Source: Macrostomum lignano
Lineage: Eukaryota
Direction: 5' to 3'
DNA length: 64,000 nt
Assembly: GCA_002269645.1 (NCBI GenBank)
Contig: NIVC01002428.1
Coordinates: 110,627 to 174,626 of the forward strand
Part shown: in pieces, positions 1-26,900 of the stretch
How the letters are laid out: every line of letters starts with the position of its first letter
Position numbering within the stretch: position 1 is the first letter of the stretch
Translations under genes and position numbers: made by a program
Notes under the pieces: model-generated
Seen by the model: the letters and a program-made list of their open reading frames with translations, nothing else
What the model was told of the DNA's origin: nothing
The model's database searches: none

Positions 1-3000
1 ACGCTAAACTTACAGTATTCACTCCGAAAGTAGAGATTTCTGCACAAAAATTACATGTCTGGATGTCTTGTCTTTGTTCCCATCATAAAATGCAAATTCT
101 CCCATCGCGCCGCAGACAGCCGCCGCAGCCGCTACGAGTCAGCCTGCCGCTTTCTTCAAAACAAAACTGAAACAATGCCGAGAAATGCAAACAAAAATGT
201 TTTTTCATGCTCACCTAGGAGCAACAAAATTCATATTGTCCTTGCCATGCAAATCTTTAATTACTTTTTTTCTTGCTAATTTTGGTCTCAATCAACAAAA
301 TTGCTCCTTGAATTTGGCCTCATTAAAATATTTTATGGAGCTTCGTCTTCATTGTCTGCTTTTTGTACTTTTATCTCTGACCGCCAGCTGCGGACCCTCG
401 CTAACCTGTCCAATTCAACTCTATTTGTTGTAATATTTTATTATTTCTTTTACGTATTCTTAGCGATTTATCCGGAATTTACCTTAGCAAGCCGGTAACG
501 ACATGGTTTGTCCGGTAGGAATTCGTGTTTAAAACAAAACTGTGCAATTCGTTCCGCCACCCAGACTTTCCCGTTTCGCTCGCTCTGTGCAGAGAGGGGA
601 GTGAAATTTATTTTTGTAAAATTGATTCAATTCTCAATTTGTTTGACCCTTAATCTTGTTTTTAAACCCGCTAACATTTCGTGTTTTACAAAAAACGTTT
701 TAAAAGAAATTATTCAGCTTCAAATTCGACACAAAATTGTTTTGTTTAATAAGTTTTATTCTGTCAAAAACTGCTTCAAACTGACAAAAAAGTTTTCTGT
801 TAATGTGCGACTCCTTTTTTTAACTGGAAATCTCTCTTTGTTTGTTTTATTAATCTCTTTTTCTAATTTTTACCTGCGTATTTTTTTCCCTAACGGAAGT
901 TCTGTGCGAGTGTGAGCGGTACGGTGAGTCATGCAAATGGCCTGATTGATGTGATCACAGAGACCAGCTGCTTGATGGACAGGTACGAGAAACCAGTGCG
1001 CCAGGTGTTAAAAATCCAATAGTGATATTAAATGATAGCATTCACTGCACTCACAGATTGGAGACATTCGCACGTGCGGTGTGAAAGCTGATGAAAATCC
1101 CCACTGTCAGCGTTGGCAAGAATGTTTTAAAAAGTGAGCATTTATATTTTATACATATTCTATTATTGCCACCTGCTATCTCGCGCACCTGGCACTCAAA
1201 TACAAGGTATGCAGAACTGCACTGACAGAAGCACCGTCACCTGCTGGGAAAAGCTTGAGGCAAAAAATGAAGTTCCCGTTTCCCCGACTCCACAATGTAA
1301 AACATGCTCAATAAGCTTACCGCGTGTGTCTGTAAGGAATTCGCCCCAACAAACTGCACTGTTTAAAATCAAGACTCGACTATTATTATTTTACCAAGAG
1401 TGCAAAATGTACTTAAAAAGTGTGTTTTAATATGTGACATCTTCAGCTATGGAAATAAATTGCATCGTCAAAAATTTTGGAGACAAAATATGATTTGGTT
1501 TTTTTCTCTTGTTCTTTCATAACAAGATATGAAATGTGAAATATGATTTATTTTATTATTATATTTATTATTATTAATTATTATTGTTTTATTTAATGAC
1601 TTATTATTATATGAAATATGATTCATAACAATATATATCTGTAGAAAGAACAACGTCCCTCTCGGCCTGTATAGAGTGATTTGATGACTGTTTTTGCCTT
1701 TTCCAAGGACTGCAGCATTCTACACGCAATTCTCGATCTTCAGAGTTACATGGCTATGTAGAACGCTGTAATTTTCGCTGCATTTTTGCTGTGCTACATG
1801 CTACCAACGCAACAGGAGTAGCGCGAGTAGTACTGTACATGTACATGTACGTGTAAAATATGAATGTAATATGCACACACTATATATGTACATTGTATAC
1901 TCTGCAACATCGAAAAGTCGACATCACCGAAGATTCAGTCTAGCTGTTGAGAGTGCAGGTAAAGGTCTCTCGCTCTACGAGTGACGCAACATACATGTTA
2001 GCTACTCTGTGGCAGACTTAAGGAATGAAGTGGGGGGAGCTGTGTGCGAGGCTTGGACAGATTAAAGCTACCCCGATCAGCTTTCTCGTATATTTCATTT
2101 CAGAACAGTTAAAGAGAAAATTGCTCACTGGCGCATAGAGCGTGGCGACTTTTCAAATGTTGCTGAGTATATACGTCGAGTCGTAATGTAAATCATTGCA
2201 GGAGGCTGTGGGGTCACCCTTGCGAAACGCCTTCGCGGCGACATCCGTCCCACAACGACTGCTGAGGCGATTCTTTCCCGACAGCGCGCCAATACTGTAC
2301 ATGTACATGTACGCACGATCACACAGGGTTTAACGCGCATAGGTTATCTATGTTTATTATACTAAAGCCTGGCATGCGCGTTAATCGTGACTTTGGAATT
2401 TCCTCCGCGTACGAGCTTCAGCCAGTAAGAAATTAGGGGGGACTATTATTAAATTCCAGCAGCCAATAAAATTCATGGGGGAAATTTCCCAATTTTTAGG
2501 AACCCTTGACCATAGACTCGCTTTCAGATGAGCGATCCTTTCTATTCCTTCATCCATGGATGCTGCTGCCAGCTTGCCAAATCGCCGCTTTCAAGTAGCC
2601 GGCTGTCTGGCCTGTACTGCAAATCTAGTCTGGGGTGAGCCGGGATGTCTATGGCCAATGCTGCTTTTGGATACGTCTGCGAGGAAAGAATTTTAGAATG
2701 TAGTGCTAATCCAAGGAGTTCTAGAATTAGCAATCTGGAGCGGAAGCGAGTTTTACCTCTTGCCATGGCACTGAATGTCTATGGCTCTGTCTGGCTCTGT
2801 CTATGCTAGTCTGGCCTCATGAGGTAAAACTGAAAAACTCGCTTCCACTCCAGGTTGCTACTTATAGAACTCCTTGGCTAATCTGAGCCAGTAATTTTAG
2901 TCTCGCTCGATCTTCACTTTTAGCATCCCTCCCCCCCCCCCGCGTTCCTTCTTATTGGCTCCTGACTGCCATAGACAAAGTCGCTTTCGTCTCAATTTTT

Positions 3001-3352
3001 GTTTTCGCCCCCTCTGAAAATACGAGTGTATCACCCTCAAGTTTTTGCAACATGCAAGTCTCTAGGGCCCGTTTCAGCTTTCAATTCGCAGCAAAAGCCA
3101 ATACAAATATTTTGAGGCTAAATTTATAATCATTTTTAGCCACTCGTGTATTATACAGTCATTAATTTTTACATTTACACTCTATCTGGCAAGCATGCCT
3201 TCAGAAAAACAATAAAATTACACGATGCACCACGCCAGAAGTACGCACAGTTCCATATAAATATTATTTCGTACACACTTATAAGAATGACCAACGACTG
3301 CATCTACTGTACACAGTAGCCTACTGTTAGTAATGCGCGCAGATTATACAGA

Positions 3353-16205
<12,853 letters not shown>

Positions 16206-16587
16206 TTCTTAGCCTTAGCGGGGAATCGGCAAGGTGCGCGGCTGGGGAGCGGAGCTGGCAGTTGAATCGGGCACTTGCGGCCTGCCATCCTGCCTGCCTA
16301 CCTGCCTATATGGCACTGGGGGCGGCCGCCTGCCGCAGGATTTGTTGGCACGGGGCCAGCCAATCGGTGACTGCTTGGAATCTGGGAAACAGATTCGGGC
16401 ATTTGATTTGGCTGCTGTTGAGCTGGCTGGGGGGGGGGTTAAGCTGAGGGCGTGGCATCCATGAGGCATACTGTTGTGCTTAGCGGCCTGTGGGGCCGAA
16501 ATCAGAGGGTTAGTGCTTGTTCATTACCCGGGGAACTGCAGGGTTACTGAGGCCGACAGATATACGGAGGGGACCGAATGAATGAGG

Positions 16588-16738
<151 letters not shown>

Positions 16739-17280
16739 TGCCCAGCATTAGCTTTCTACTCGCATGACTGTTGGCTCACATGAGCATTAATGATTTTGAT
16801 CCAGCGGTGACTGCAGAGAGACACGGAGACAGCCCGGACTAAACGGGAACGCAGAGCCAACAAAGGCGAAGCCTCTCAAGCCGAAGCAGACGCGATAGCT
16901 GCTTCCATTGTTGCACTGAAATTAGAGGCCCTGGCTGAGGACAAAGCCGCCCATTGTTCCAACGAAAGTGGAAATGCAAACTGCGCGGTCTGATGAAGGG
17001 GCAGCGGGGAGAGAGCGGGTGGGAAGCCGAGAGAGGTGGCGGAGTAGCGGCAGTCCCGCAGTCTTCGCAAAAGGTAAAAAATAGATCCCACTTCCGCAGT
17101 GGCTGAGGTGTGAGCTCAGCGTGAGTCGAGCCATGCACCTGATTAGTGCAGATGCGGATCCTAGAACTGATGAGAACTGTTTTTTTGTGGGGGAAGGAGG
17201 GAGAGGGATGTGCCTGGCAGGGCTTGTGAGCAAGGTGGGCCCAGACTGTCTGGCAAAACTGGTAGGATAATCTCAGCGGG

Positions 17281-17726
17281 AAAACTTCGCCGTGAGAAAC
17301 CTTCGCCGTGGAAACCTTCGCCGTGAGAAACTTTCGCCATTGGAAACCGCCACGCCATGAGAAACCTTCGCTGTTGAGAACCTTCGCCATGAGAAACCTT
17401 CGCTGTTGAGAACCTTCGCCATGAGAAACCTTCGCTGTTGAGAACCTTCGCCATGAGAAACCTTCGCTGTTGAGAACCTTCGCCATGAGAAGCCTTCGCT
17501 GTTGAGAACCTTCGCCATGAGAAACCTTCGCCATGAGAAACCTTCGCCATGAGAAACCTTCGCCATGAGAAACCTTCGCCATGAGAAACCTTCGCCATGA
17601 GAAACCTTCGCCATGAGAAACCTTCGCCATGAGAAACCTTCGCCATGAGAAACCTTCGCCATGAGAAACCTTCGCCATGAGAAACCTTCGCCATGAGAAA
17701 CCTTCGCCATGAGAAACCTTCGCCGC
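17281..17726. repeat. 18-bp minisatellite (GCCATGAGAAACCTTC..)n with higher-order variants
   Basis: Tandem units with no unique spacers. Confidence 0.93.
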
Positions 17727-18229
17727 GGTAAAACTCCTGTGGGGGAAATCTCGTGCTCCCGCATAAACTTAGAAAACTTCCGATATGTTTATTAAATACG
17801 AACTTTGTACTGTTCCAGGCAGAGCATCAGAAAAGATGAATGCTAATTTCGTACTGACAAAAACTCTTCTGTCGATCTAAGCGGAGCGTTGCCGCCCCAC
17901 GTAAATATTTACATTGAGAACGGGGCGCTCTCAACAATTCCAAGTGCCGATCCATCAAATTTTTTTGACTTGGCGAACCTTCCCGGCCGTGTCGGCAGCC
18001 TGCTGGGCACTTTTCAACTCCTCGATTTGTTTGGCCAAAAACCCGCTTTCAAAGATCAGGGAAGTTGCGTGTCGCCGTTCAACTGCTGCATTCGCCATCG
18101 GCGTGACCACTTCGGCAGCCACTTCTTGATTTTTTCCTGCATCTGCTTCCACCTTCGGCCCAGCCCCAAGTCTCGCTCTGCGTGCTGCATAATATTTGAT
18201 TTTTTAGTGCGATCGGCTCAGTACCGTGA

Positions 18230-18921
18230 CACTCACTCACTCACTCACTCACTTACTCACTCACTCACTCACTCACTCACTCACTCACTCACTCACTCAC
18301 TCACTCACTTACTCACTTATTCACTCACTCATGCACTCACTCACTCACTCACTCACTCACTCACTCACTCACTCACTCACTCACTCACTCACTCACTCAC
18401 TCACTCACTCACTCACTCACTCACTCACTCACTCACTCACTCACTCACTCACTCACTCACTCACTCACTCACTCACTCACTCACTCACTCACTCACTCAC
18501 TCACTCACTCACTCACTCACTCACTCACTCACTCACTTACTCACTCACTCACTCACTCATTCACTCACTCACTCACTCACTCACTCACTCACTCACTCAC
18601 TCACTCACTCACTCACTCACTCACTCACTCACTCACTCACTCACTCACTCACTCACTCACTCACTCACTCACTCACTCACTCACTCACTCACTCACTCAC
18701 TCACTCACTCACTCACTCACTCACTCACTCACTCACTCACTCACTCACTCACTCACTCATCACTCACTCACTCACTTACTCACTCATTCACTCACTCATG
18801 CACTCACTCACTCACTCACTCACTCACTCACTCACTCACTCACTCACTCACTCACTCACTCACTCACTCACTCACTCACTCACTCACTCACTCACTCACT
18901 CACTCACTCACTCACTCACTC
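18230..18921. repeat. (CACT)n microsatellite
   Basis: Read directly. Confidence 0.98.
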
Positions 18922-18987
18922 GTTCTATTCTTTCCTCCATGTCCTGTACATGATGGCCAATTTTGATTTCAATGTCCGATATCTTCT

Positions 18988-19400
<413 letters not shown>

Positions 19401-20638
19401 CAGCGAGAGACAAGCAGGGAGAATTTGAAAGGTAGAGATTAGCTAATCCGCAGATTAACTAACCCGCTGCCACCAGTCCGTGCGCCCCGGCTCACCAAAC
19501 CGGAGCTATCGAAATCGGACTTCCGACTAGAGGGGCACTGCACTTACCTGCCACCTAGTGTCTTTTAGCTGTCTATCTCGAAGTCATAGCCAAATAGAAG
19601 GGGCGCTGCTGGTACTAAGATCGCATTGGCCATGCAGGGACAGAGAGGACTTTTGCAGGGGGTTCTTGCGCTAGCGAGCCTTCATACACTACTGAAAATA
19701 CTATTTCATTAACCAAATTCCAGAAGTACATGTATAAGTACTCGTAACTGCACGCTTTTGGCACTAAATGTGTTAACACGTCGACAGATAGCGATGATGT
19801 AGATGCATTGTCACTTTCGGAGATCGTTAGACTAATATTTAACTTATTTTAGCCGCTTAACTGCCTGTGACCGCGCCAAAGCGCCAGTCTGGCTCTTAAT
19901 TTGCATGCTTAACATAATGATTTCTTAGATTGTCTGATTGACTGGGAACTGTGCCGCCTCCGGTCCACCGTGACCTCTGCCTCTAGATCTAGCCACTCAT
20001 CTCTGCTGGCATTGCGAAAAAGAAGAAAACGCTAAGTCTTTAACTTCCAGATTTAACTTTCTCACTTAATCCGCAATCCTAAACACTTTAGATTGAGTTA
20101 GAGCAAATGGCTACTTTTAATATTAACTGACACTGCTGCCTCGAGATTGGCACACAAAAGCAAGTAAGCAAAGTGCAATCCTATCAGACTACCTAGGAAG
20201 GGTCAGACAAAGGGTGCACCCAGTTAAGCAGGTCAAGAGAGCCTCTCACCAAACCAATCAGAGGACCTATCTGCCGGTGGCCAAGGAATCCACAGAGACC
20301 GAACACTCCACAGAGACCGAAACACTCAGATGGTATTCTGCTGCTGATCTTAACTGACGCGCGACGCTGTTGCTCCTCACTTGCCGGTTGTCGTTGCTGC
20401 TCTTGGATCACTGCGGGAGATATTGACGATGCTTCTCAGCGGGAACTTAGCTGTTGAAGCCGAAACTGCCGGGGGGAAGGAGGATCAGGTCGGCAGGACG
20501 CGGGCGGGAAGAGCTTGAAGGTAGTATCAGGCCAAGTCGAGCGCCCCAGAAGGCCTTGGCAAGGACAAAGGCCAGGGAGTAAACGACCAGTTCGCCAAAA
20601 GTCGAGAGGGGCTCTCGAGCGCGGTTAGAGTTGCCGCC

Positions 20639-20769
20639 TTTTATAGCTCTCACGCGGCCGATTTGTTATAAGGCACGCCGAATTTTCGATTGACTGAGAG
20701 CTTTTGTTAAAAATAGGCGCCGAATTTCTGATTGGTCGAGCCGGGGGCAGTCAGGTCGACTTTGATTGG
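20639..20769 (-). promoter_or_regulatory. Putative Pol II promoter: tandem CCAAT boxes plus TATA box
   Basis: Minus-strand CTATAAAA at 20639-20646. CCAAT (plus-strand ATTGG) at 20731-20735 and 20765-20769, 34 bp apart, with a third imperfect copy near 20689. The gene it serves is unknown. Confidence 0.4.
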
Positions 20770-21256
20770 CTGAGCTCAAGACCCCAAAACCCACCCACCA
20801 GGTGGCCTTTCAGACCCCAGGGAAGTTGACAGGTGCGGTCATAAATCATTAGCAAAACATAATAAAAGTCACTTGTCTAGACACCCTGGCCGCCAAAAGT
20901 GACAGCAAAACACCCATAAATTAAAGGAGGAAGTAACAGAGCGAGTGGGGGAGAAAGCTTGGAAAGACCTCTTTGACCCAGACAGGCTGGAGCCAAAAGT
21001 GACAGCTGACCGCCATAAATCACTGAAAACAGTGAAAAAGCCGCCAATCTGGGGGTCAGAATGGGGTTGAAACAATTCCTCCCAGACTTAGTGTCGCCCG
21101 TCTAGACTGCTAGAGGTGAATCCGTCTCAGACCCAGACAGTCTGACCTTCAAAGATGCGTAAAAAAATGCAAAACTTAGAATCCTAAGAGAAGTACATTG
21201 AGTATTAATCATAACTAATAGTGGTGGCATAAATTAGTGTAGACCTTAGCCTGGAT

Positions 21257-22048
21257 NNNNNNNNNNNNNNNNNNNNNNNNNNNNNNNNNNNNNNNNNNNN
21301 NNNNNNNNNNNNNNNNNNNNNNNNNNNNNNNNNNNNNNNNNNNNNNNNNNNNNNNNNNNNNNNNNNNNNNNNNNNNNNNNNNNNNNNNNNNNNNNNNNNN
21401 NNNNNNNNNNNNNNNNNNNNNNNNNNNNNNNNNNNNNNNNNNNNNNNNNNNNNNNNNNNNNNNNNNNNNNNNNNNNNNNNNNNNNNNNNNNNNNNNNNNN
21501 NNNNNNNNNNNNNNNNNNNNNNNNNNNNNNNNNNNNNNNNNNNNNNNNNNNNNNNNNNNNNNNNNNNNNNNNNNNNNNNNNNNNNNNNNNNNNNNNNNNN
21601 NNNNNNNNNNNNNNNNNNNNNNNNNNNNNNNNNNNNNNNNNNNNNNNNNNNNNNNNNNNNNNNNNNNNNNNNNNNNNNNNNNNNNNNNNNNNNNNNNNNN
21701 NNNNNNNNNNNNNNNNNNNNNNNNNNNNNNNNNNNNNNNNNNNNNNNNNNNNNNNNNNNNNNNNNNNNNNNNNNNNNNNNNNNNNNNNNNNNNNNNNNNN
21801 NNNNNNNNNNNNNNNNNNNNNNNNNNNNNNNNNNNNNNNNNNNNNNNNNNNNNNNNNNNNNNNNNNNNNNNNNNNNNNNNNNNNNNNNNNNNNNNNNNNN
21901 NNNNNNNNNNNNNNNNNNNNNNNNNNNNNNNNNNNNNNNNNNNNNNNNNNNNNNNNNNNNNNNNNNNNNNNNNNNNNNNNNNNNNNNNNNNNNNNNNNNN
22001 NNNNNNNNNNNNNNNNNNNNNNNNNNNNNNNNNNNNNNNNNNNNNNNN
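21257..22048. other. Assembly gap (792 N)
   Basis: Run of N. Confidence 1.
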
Positions 22049-22328
22049 GAATCCAGCGGCGGGCGCTCACTCCCTGGCCGCCTACGGCTACTCATGGTGC
22101 ACAGGGCGGGCAGGTCGCTGCTGCGTGCGAATGCTCTCAGCCGTCTGCCGCTGCCAGAGAGGCCGAAGGATTCACTGGTGCTAGCGGATGTCGTGCTGCT
22201 CATGGACATGCTGGACGAAGGTCCAATGACGGCACGACACATTCGAGCATGGACAAGGACGGACCCCGTGCTGTCCAAGGTGTTGCGATCAGCCGAGTCC
22301 GGCCAGTGGCCGGCGAGACCGCCTCCGT

Positions 22329-22330
<2 letters not shown>
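22049..22330 (+). pseudogene. Ty3/Gypsy pol fragment (end of RNase H plus tether), frameshifted and truncated by (GATA)n
   Basis: Reads IQRRALT-LAAYGY-MVHRAGRSLLRANALSRLPLP...VLLMDMLDEGPMTARHIRAWTRTDPVLSKVLRSAESGQWP. This matches the Gypsy pattern RIQRWAL.L..Y.Y.I.HR.G.....ADALSRLP ... I...T..DP.L..V....GWP. Confidence 0.8.
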
Positions 22331-23486
<1,156 letters not shown>

Positions 23487-23952
23487 TTAAAACACGAGTA
23501 GTTTATAGTATCGGTGGCAGACAATAAAATTTATAGTAAGGCTGTTGTCAAGCATGGTGGTGTATTTGATTATTGAAAAAACTGGACCTTCTTAGAGTTT
23601 AGCGCAGCTATTCCAGTTCTTGAAATCGTAAACAACTTGATTTATTTTGACGCTCGTAGAAATTTTATAAACAAATTAAAAAAACATTTACGCATTTAAA
23701 CTTTGGTCAAGCCTTTTTCGAAAAAAATTCTGCTAACTGGGGCGGCGAAAACGCGATTAAAGCAGGTGTCAGACCAGTGTATAAACGTGCTGTGTCAGCG
23801 GGATGAAACTTACAGTAGAAATATTGTAGTAAAATGTCTAAATAGTCTGATAAAAATTGGTTTTTGTGGGCTATTTTAGTTTCAACATGAGCAGATGCAG
23901 AGTGCAGAAATGTTGAACGCTCATCATAATTAGTCTCTGCTTTTTCGCTTTG

Positions 23953-26900
23953 CTAATCACGTCCGGGACCTTCAGGCGGCGTGGCTGTCCGGCCTATTGG
24001 TGCCGGGGCCGTCCACTGGTCGTAGAACTGAGCCCTGTCTGCAATGTTGGGAAAAATTGTTTGCTATTATATTTACTAATTATACTGTATTAGTGAATAG
24101 TGACTGTGTCCTTGATCTGACTGTCTTAAGACTCATCGATTTATCATGGCTTGTTTACCAGATTTGGGATATTACAAATGCCAAACATAACAAGAAATAG
24201 AAATAATCTGACATGGGCATGTAGGGCATGTAAAGCGGATGGCTGCTGCACTGGCAGATAGCGCCAATCCTGGAGGCCGGCTGTGGCTGCAGAACGCATT
24301 GGCAAAATGGGAAGCTCTCAGCTTTTGTCATCAATTCTCAATATTTCACCTTCTGAACATCCGAATCGCAAATCGAACAAATCTAAGTTTTGCTCGAGCT
24401 GAGCTCATGAGTTTATTGAGCTAGCTTTTATGAAGTGCTACCTCGCTCACTCACTCACTCACTCACTCACTCACTCACTCACTCACTCACTCACTCACTC
24501 ACTCACTCACTCACTCACTCACTCACTCACTCACTCACTCACTCACTCACTCACTCACTCACTCACTCACTCACTCACTCACTCACTCACTCACTCACTC
24601 ACTCACTCACTCACTCACTCACTCACTCACTCACTCACTCACTCATTCACTCACTCACCCACACTCATTCACTCACTAACTCACTCACTCACTCACTTAC
24701 TCACCCACTCACTCACTCACTCACTCACTCACTCACTCACTCACTTACCCACTCACTCACTCACTCACTCACTCACTCACTCACTCACTCACCCACTCAC
24801 TCACTCACTCACTCACTCACTCACTCACTCACTTTAATCAAACATCAAACAGCAAAGAAGAAAACCTTGCTCGCCTGCATGAAGCAGTACTTTCAGTTCA
24901 AGGCTTTTGAAGCTGGGGAGTAAAAATGAGAAAAATTTCTATTTTTGTTGAACCCAGCAGAACATAAATATAGAAAGAAGAATTGTGATTCCATTCCGGC
25001 ACTATTTTCCATTTGTCCTATTTTCAAACCCAAATTTCGGTGTCGCAGTTCGCTGTTTCTCTGCTTTCAGTAGCAAAAGGAAGAACGCATAGGCTATTTT
25101 ATAGAAGAAAGGCAGCTGGATGACCCGTAAAGAACTTGCTGTCGGTGCAGCAATAAAGAAAATTGTCATTCCAATTCGAAATTGAGCTATGCCTAATAGT
25201 GAAGCTTCCATTCTCAATTGCTGGCTGTGGAAAAAGCAAAAGGTTTTACTTTCAATTTTGAAGCTGTGCATATGTATGGAGATAGATTTTCCTACACATC
25301 TCGTGCTTTGTTTTTAAATTGTAGACATCCGAAAAGGTGCAGCTAGTTTCTAGCGGCTTGCTTGTAACCAAGGTTAAGAAAGAACAATCTAAATCCCCAC
25401 GCTGAGTCCCCAAACCTGGTCCGTACGGCTCCTCAATCCGGTAGTTCGTCTTCAAGTTCAGTTCGTCCCTCAGGCGCCTGGTCTGCACAGCGTAGACCTG
25501 CAGGTTTTAGGAGGGTTTGTGCGGTTTTAGCGGACTTCCCATATCACCCAGTTGCTTAGGAAATAGCTTTTGCGAGCTTCTTCATGTAACTAAAACAAGG
25601 ATTTTAGTTGTCCCCGACTGCTACTTAGTCGGTATAAGCAAAGAAGCACAGCTAATGGGCACAAGCGCTAGTGCAGTATTGCATACAGCAGCATTCAAGT
25701 CGCTTACGATGATAAAGATGACGAGGACAAGCAGGAAAAGTCCGCCAATTACTGCAACCAGAATGATCAGGATGGTGTAATCCTGCGACACGGCCTCTGT
25801 GCCACCGCTTGTGGCTGTGCCGGCACTGGCTGCCGCAGTCGTGGCCGCTGCCCGAGTGGTGGATTCGACGGCCGTTGTCGTTGAGCTGGTACTGGTGAGG
25901 CTTGTGACGGCTGTGAAATTAGGGAACCATTCGAAATTATTTCATATGGTATATACATGTCAAAGGCACAAAAAGCGCTTGCAATTTAAGCTGCTTTGCT
26001 CACCCGAAGATCCAATGTTATCGATGATGACACCACCCAGATCTGTTGCTTTCAAACCTTTTGTGAGAAGCTCGATAATAGAAGCTGCTGTGTTTGTAGA
26101 CGTGTCTCGAACCACAAGGTTTCCACTGATGACAACACTTCCCGACTTAAACTGTAAGTTCACTGCGTTTTGCAGTTCACCATAAAGCGAAGTTGACCTG
26201 GATGATTTCATAACGGTCTCGAAGGCGTAGTTAGCCAGCTGCTTGTAGCGCCAACTGTTCGGGTCTGCATAGTCATCGAACCACTGCAAATTTGAAAAGC
26301 GGAACGAGAACGGCACGGTCTTGACGTTCTTAAACACAGGCTGGTAGTTGGACGGACAGATGCAAGACGTCGTTGTGGGCGCAACAGTCGTAGTTGTAGT
26401 CGGAGTTGTAGTAGTTGTAGTCGTCGTCGTTGTTGTTGTGGTGCTCGTAGTCGAGTAGTTGTGGTAGTAGTCGGAGTAGTTGTGGTAGTAGTCGGAGTAG
26501 TTGTGGTAGTAGTCGGAGTAGTTGTGGTAGTAGTCGGAGTAGTTGTGGTAGTAGTCGGAGTAGTTGTGGTAGTAGTCGGAGTAGTTGTGGTAGTAGTCGG
26601 AGTGGTTGTGGTAGTAGTCGGAGTAGTTGTGGTAGTAGTCGGAGTGGTTGTGGTAGTAGTCGGAGTGGTTGTGGTAGTAGTCGGAGTGGTTGTGGTAGTA
26701 GTTGGAGTGGTTGTGGTAGTAGTCGGAGTGGTTGTGGTAGTAGTCGGAGTGGTTGTGGTAGTAGTCGGAGTGGTTGTGGTAGTAATCGGAGTGGTTGTGG
26801 TAGTAGTCAGAGTGGTTGTGGTAGTAGTCGGAGTGGTTTTGGTAGTCGTCGGAGTGGTTGTCGTAGTAGTTGGAGTGGTTATTGATGTAGTCGTTGTCAA

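Noticed and set aside
55-1430. Short plus-strand ORFs and possible small exons near 960-1110
   Set aside because: No recognisable domain and no consistent exon chain; AT-rich and probably TE-derived or intergenic.
17281-17726. CRISPR-like appearance of short regular repeats (also 44570-45395, 47340-48125, 61375-61730)
   Set aside because: Units are contiguous with no unique spacers, there are no cas genes, and the context is eukaryotic introns.
17955-18152. VVTPMANAAVERR resembling the hAT dimerisation motif
   Set aside because: Single short resemblance; no other transposase motifs or TIRs found.
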